Shown here piece by piece: positions 60,501 to 64,000 of a stretch of DNA of 64,000 nt. Below the pieces are notes generated by a model that did not search any database, was not told where the DNA came from, and worked only from the letters and a program-made list of their open reading frames with translations. Both the position numbers and the translations under genes were made by a program. Source of the DNA: an uncultured Gemmatimonadota bacterium (GTDB lineage: Bacteria > JAAXHH01); the NCBI GenBank assembly GCA_951812955.1, contig OX638340.1:1088001-1152000 (forward strand), written 5' to 3'. Every line of letters begins with the position of its first letter. Position 1 is the stretch's first letter.

Positions 60501-62162
60501 ATGTCTCAATCATTCAAGTGGGCTGTCATCGTAATCGGCGCAATGGCCGGCTTCTACCTGATCCCCCTGTTGATTTCGGCGCAGGGCGGCAGATCCGAGG
60601 AGTCGGCCGCCCGTCCCCTGCCCCCGGACGCCTCGCCGCGTGATCAGCAGGTCTTCAGGTTCATGAGCCCGGAACCCCGCACGCTCGACTCCGCCATAAA
60701 CGATTATGACACCGAAGACACCATCATCCCCTTCGAACCTCTGCTCCGGCGCGATCCGAACTGGAATCCGGAACCCGCTGCCGCCGACCGTTACGAATCT
60801 TCGCCGGACGGCAAAACGTGGACCTTCCATCTCCGGGAAGGCGCGAGATGGAGCGACGGCCGTCCCGTCACGGCCCATGACTTTGTATACTCATTTCGCC
60901 GCATGCTGGACCCGCAGGAGGCCAATCCCTACGGGTTCTTCTACCACGATTTCAAAAACGGACGCGCCATCAACCGCGGTGAAATCAAGGACCTGACCCA
61001 ACTGGGCGTCCGAGCGGCCGACGATCTCACCCTTGTCATCGAGACGGAGAAATCGGCCCCCTACCTGCCATACATCGTATCCTACGGGAACGCGCTGCCC
61101 GTGCCCCCGTGGCAGGTGGAAAAATACGATCGCAAGTGGACCCGGCTGGAGAACATCGTCTCGAATTCAGGGTTCAAACTGTCGGAGTGGATCACGGGCA
61201 GCCACATGACCCTGGTCCCGGACCCCATGTACAACGGTCCCCACAAGCCCTACCTGGAGAAGGTCATCCATCCCTTCCGCAACGCGGCGGTGGCCACGGT
61301 CCTCGCCTACGAGAACAACGAAGTGGACCGTGAACTCGTCGACGTGACCGACATGCCCCGCATCATGGCCGATCCCGAACTCGCGCCGGACCTGGTCAAG
61401 GTGGCCGCGAGGGCATCATGGTATCTCTTCTACCGCACGCGCCAGCCGCCCTTCGACGACGTACGGGTCCGGGAAGCCTTCACCCGGGCGATCGACCGGG
61501 AGGTCATCACAAATATCCTGCTGGGTGGAACGGCCGTACCCGCCTATTCCATGATTCCGCCCGAATTCGCCGAATACAACGGACCGGCCATGAAGGACTA
61601 CCAGTCCTATGACCCGGCAAAGGGCAGGGAGCTGATTCGGGAGGCCGGCTATCCCCGCGGGAGGGGATTCCCCCGACAGGAAATGTGGCTTCGGGCGCCC
61701 AATCCCACCATCAAGCGGATCAGCGAGGCAATCATGGCCATGTTGAAGGAGAACATCGGGGTCGATGTCACCATACGTGCCGCAGACCGCACCATGTATA
61801 TGAACAACATGTACAACTGGCGCATGAACCTGGGGCTGATCGTGTTCTACGCCGATTACCTCGACCCGCGCAACATGCTCGACATGATCTGGCACTCGCA
61901 GCCGCAGGGCTACGGCAGGTCGGACTGGACCAACGCCGAATTCGACCGGATGGTGGAACGGGCGGCCTCTGAACTGGATAGGGAGAAGCGACGCGCGCTT
62001 TACGCGGAGGCGGAGGAAATCATGGTTTCCGACTACGCCGGTTCCTTTCTGTTCCACCCGGTGAACCTTGAACTCAGGAAACCCTGGGTGAAAGGGATTA
62101 CGGAAAACCCGGACGGCACGGTCGGCGCAATGGACTATACGAGGGTCTACATCTCCCGGTAA
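60501..62162 (+). CDS. ABC transporter substrate-binding protein, family 5 (third copy, orphan)
   Basis: signal anchor MSQSFKWAVIVIGAMAGFYLIPLLISAQG, family-5 SBP features. Confidence 0.8.
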   Translation: MSQSFKWAVIVIGAMAGFYLIPLLISAQGGRSEESAARPLPPDASPRDQQVFRFMSPEPRTLDSAINDYDTEDTIIPFEPLLRRDPNWNPEPAAADRYESSPDGKTWTFHLREGARWSDGRPVTAHDFVYSFRRMLDPQEANPYGFFYHDFKNGRAINRGEIKDLTQLGVRAADDLTLVIETEKSAPYLPYIVSYGNALPVPPWQVEKYDRKWTRLENIVSNSGFKLSEWITGSHMTLVPDPMYNGPHKPYLEKVIHPFRNAAVATVLAYENNEVDRELVDVTDMPRIMADPELAPDLVKVAARASWYLFYRTRQPPFDDVRVREAFTRAIDREVITNILLGGTAVPAYSMIPPEFAEYNGPAMKDYQSYDPAKGRELIREAGYPRGRGFPRQEMWLRAPNPTIKRISEAIMAMLKENIGVDVTIRAADRTMYMNNMYNWRMNLGLIVFYADYLDPRNMLDMIWHSQPQGYGRSDWTNAEFDRMVERAASELDREKRRALYAEAEEIMVSDYAGSFLFHPVNLELRKPWVKGITENPDGTVGAMDYTRVYISR

Positions 62163-62212
62163 AATAACCGCGTGGGGAGACCGCGACACAACGACACTAC
62201 GTTAGTACATGC

Positions 62213-62259
62213 AAAAAAAGCCTCCGCGGCGATACATTCACGCGGAGGCTTTTGGGTTT
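62213..62259. terminator. bidirectional rho-independent terminator
   Basis: A-tract, stem GCCTCCGCG / CGCGGAGGC with 12-nt loop, then TTTTGGGTTT; sits between convergent SBP and TPR genes. Confidence 0.75.
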
Positions 62260-62304
62260 CTACAAATTGTCTGAACGTCGTAACCGTGTCGTTCCCAACG
62301 TCGA

Positions 62305-62898
62305 TTACCGGATCGCGTCCTTCATCTGAGCGACGATGTTGCGCAGCGACGCGGCGTTACGGGCTCGAGGCGCCAGTTTCAGGTAGCTCTCATAGGACTT
62401 GATCGCGTTCGGATAGTCCTCGCGGGTCTGGTACAGGATACCCAGGTTGTAGTGCCAGTTCGCCTTCTTGCCGTTGATGCGGATCGCGGCCCTGTAGGAA
62501 CTGATCGCGCTGCTGCTATTCTTGATTTTCTGATAAGCGCTGCCCAATGCGCCGTGTGCGTCCGCATATGCGGCATCGATCTGCGTCGCCTGCTTGAACG
62601 ACTTGATCGCGTTGGAGGTCTGGCCCGCCTTCTGCTGGGAAAGGCCGAGGTTGTAGTGCGCTTCCTTGTAATCCGCCTTCAATTCAACGGCTTTCTGGAA
62701 AGCGCCGATAGCATTCGTATACTGTCCTGCCTTGAAATAGGCGATGCCGAGATTGTAATGACGGGGGGGATCGTCCGGCATGGCATCCACTTTCGTCTTC
62801 GCATCCGCGACCGTCTGGGCTTGTATCGCAGGCGCTGCGACCAGCGCGGCCAGAACCATGAAGACGGCAAGGCAATTCAGTTTCTTGATGCGTGTCAT
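62305..62898 (-). CDS. secreted tetratricopeptide-repeat protein
   Basis: signal peptide, 4-5 TPR units (AHYNLGL..., AIKSFKQA...); GGAGG SD before ATG 62898. Confidence 0.7.
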   Translation of the reverse strand: MTRIKKLNCLAVFMVLAALVAAPAIQAQTVADAKTKVDAMPDDPPRHYNLGIAYFKAGQYTNAIGAFQKAVELKADYKEAHYNLGLSQQKAGQTSNAIKSFKQATQIDAAYADAHGALGSAYQKIKNSSSAISSYRAAIRINGKKANWHYNLGILYQTREDYPNAIKSYESYLKLAPRARNAASLRNIVAQMKDAIR

Positions 62899-63078
62899 CC
62901 TCGTTCCTCCGTTGGATAACTGAGCGTTACAGGACATTGAGTATTTATGGACAAATCGTGTTTTTGAGCGTATATTGAATCCAAGATGACTATAATATAG
63001 CATTTTGTCGAAATTTGCAAGTGAAATTCTCTACTTTCTTGTGGACGAAACGGTATCCTGGCATCAGGGAGGCCATCG

Positions 63079-63627
63079 ATGAAAAGTTATACTGTCGATG
63101 ATTTTCTGGGCGACGCACGGCGAATCGTGCGAGAACACGGGGTCAGGGACGGACTGGAATCGATCAGGAAGAACACCGAGCGCCTGCTCGGTCAGCCCGA
63201 CCTGCTGGAAACCTATGTCAACATGGACGAATACAAGGGCCATACGGTGATCGGCCAAGATCCCGAGACGGACATTTACGTCATCGTTCACGGCGGACGC
63301 AAAGGCGGTACTTCCCCGCCCCACGATCACGGTCCGTGCAGCGTGATTTACGGCAATTTTACGGGGCACACCCTGATGCGGCGCTGGAACCGGCTGGACG
63401 ATGGAGGGTCGGAGGGTCCGGCCAGTCTCAAGATGGCCCGGGAATACACAGTCGGCGCCGGGGAGGCGACCGCCTTCGCCGAGGGGGACATCCACTCCAT
63501 CGACTATCCCGACGGCGCCTTCTTCGTCCGCGTGACCGTGGGCGACGTGGAAAATCAGAAAACGCGCCGCTTCGATCTCGAACGGGGTATCGTGGAGATC
63601 GACGACCGCGCGGCTCGACCGGGATAG
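63079..63627 (+). CDS. cupin-fold protein (cysteine-dioxygenase-type-I-like, tentative)
   Basis: HGG...PPHDHG...H metal-ligand spacing typical of cupins. Confidence 0.5.
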   Translation: MKSYTVDDFLGDARRIVREHGVRDGLESIRKNTERLLGQPDLLETYVNMDEYKGHTVIGQDPETDIYVIVHGGRKGGTSPPHDHGPCSVIYGNFTGHTLMRRWNRLDDGGSEGPASLKMAREYTVGAGEATAFAEGDIHSIDYPDGAFFVRVTVGDVENQKTRRFDLERGIVEIDDRAARPG

Positions 63628-63731
63628 CCGGGCGTAACATACTGGCCGTGCCCGGACCATGCAGTTATTCCATTTCCGTCCGCCTGTTTCACCAGATCCA
63701 CCCGATCCACCCGATCAAACCGCTCTCGACC

Positions 63732-64000
63732 CATGTCCGCCCCTGAACCTGAAGCGAAGCAACCTCCAATAAAACCCACCGAATTCGTGACGCCGGACCG
63801 GCTGAGCGAGCTCCTGCGGCGCCGCAACCTGCCGGGCTTCATCTTCCTCGCCGGGCATCTGGCGGCCACTTTGCTCACTGGATACCTGGTGTCGCTTGCC
63901 ATGGGTATGTGGTGGTCGGTTCCGGCCCTGCTCATTCATGGCGCTATTGTGGTGCACTGGTTCGCGCCTTTCCACGAATGCTCCCACGGCACGGCCTTTC
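63732..64000 (+). CDS. fatty acid desaturase family protein (3' partial, runs off window end)
   Basis: not in ORF track because no stop in window; translation MSAPEPEAKQ...TM helix...HECSHGTAF contains first His box HECxH. Confidence 0.6.

Overview
This is a high-GC (about 65%), densely coding bacterial chromosomal segment. I found no rRNA, CRISPR array, transposase or integrase. There is one tRNA-Trp(CCA) gene.

Most of the window is transport and small-molecule catabolism:
- A long minus-strand Opp/Dpp-like ABC operon (2972-14980) with two family-5 substrate-binding proteins, and a Zn-dehydrogenase, a RidA-like protein and a class-I aminotransferase embedded in it.
- A third, orphan family-5 binding protein at 60501-62162.
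- Heavy paralogue expansion: three intact enolase-superfamily (MR/MLE) genes plus one N-terminal remnant, two PhyH-family dioxygenases plus a TauD/TfdA fragment at the window start, two Gfo/Idh/MocA oxidoreductases, two membrane fatty-acid-desaturase-family genes and two MBL-fold hydrolases.

The unusual items are:
1. A lipoprotein that fuses a collagen-like Gly-X-Y tract to a trypsin-like serine protease and a poly-Glu/Gly-Glu tract.
2. A small family of modular lipoproteins that share that collagen N-terminus or a lipocalin-like C-terminus, placed around a signal peptidase I and a secreted M1 metallopeptidase.
3. A tightly coupled minus-strand operon: Gln-rich unknown protein, PhyH, enolase-superfamily, epimerase.
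4. A desaturase / enolase-superfamily pair joined by a GTGA stop-start overlap.
5. A MocA/MocC/aminotransferase/cytidylyltransferase-like cluster that suggests aminosugar or aminocyclitol metabolism.
6. A PAL-like NHL protein, DUF3311, sodium:solute symporter operon.
7. A recurring sequence-level habit: many intergenic spacers consist of 2-4 degenerate tandem copies of a locally unique 13-30 bp motif.

Functional calls rest on motif recognition by eye (His boxes, HExxH, GxSxG, PLP-lysine motifs and similar), not on database searches.
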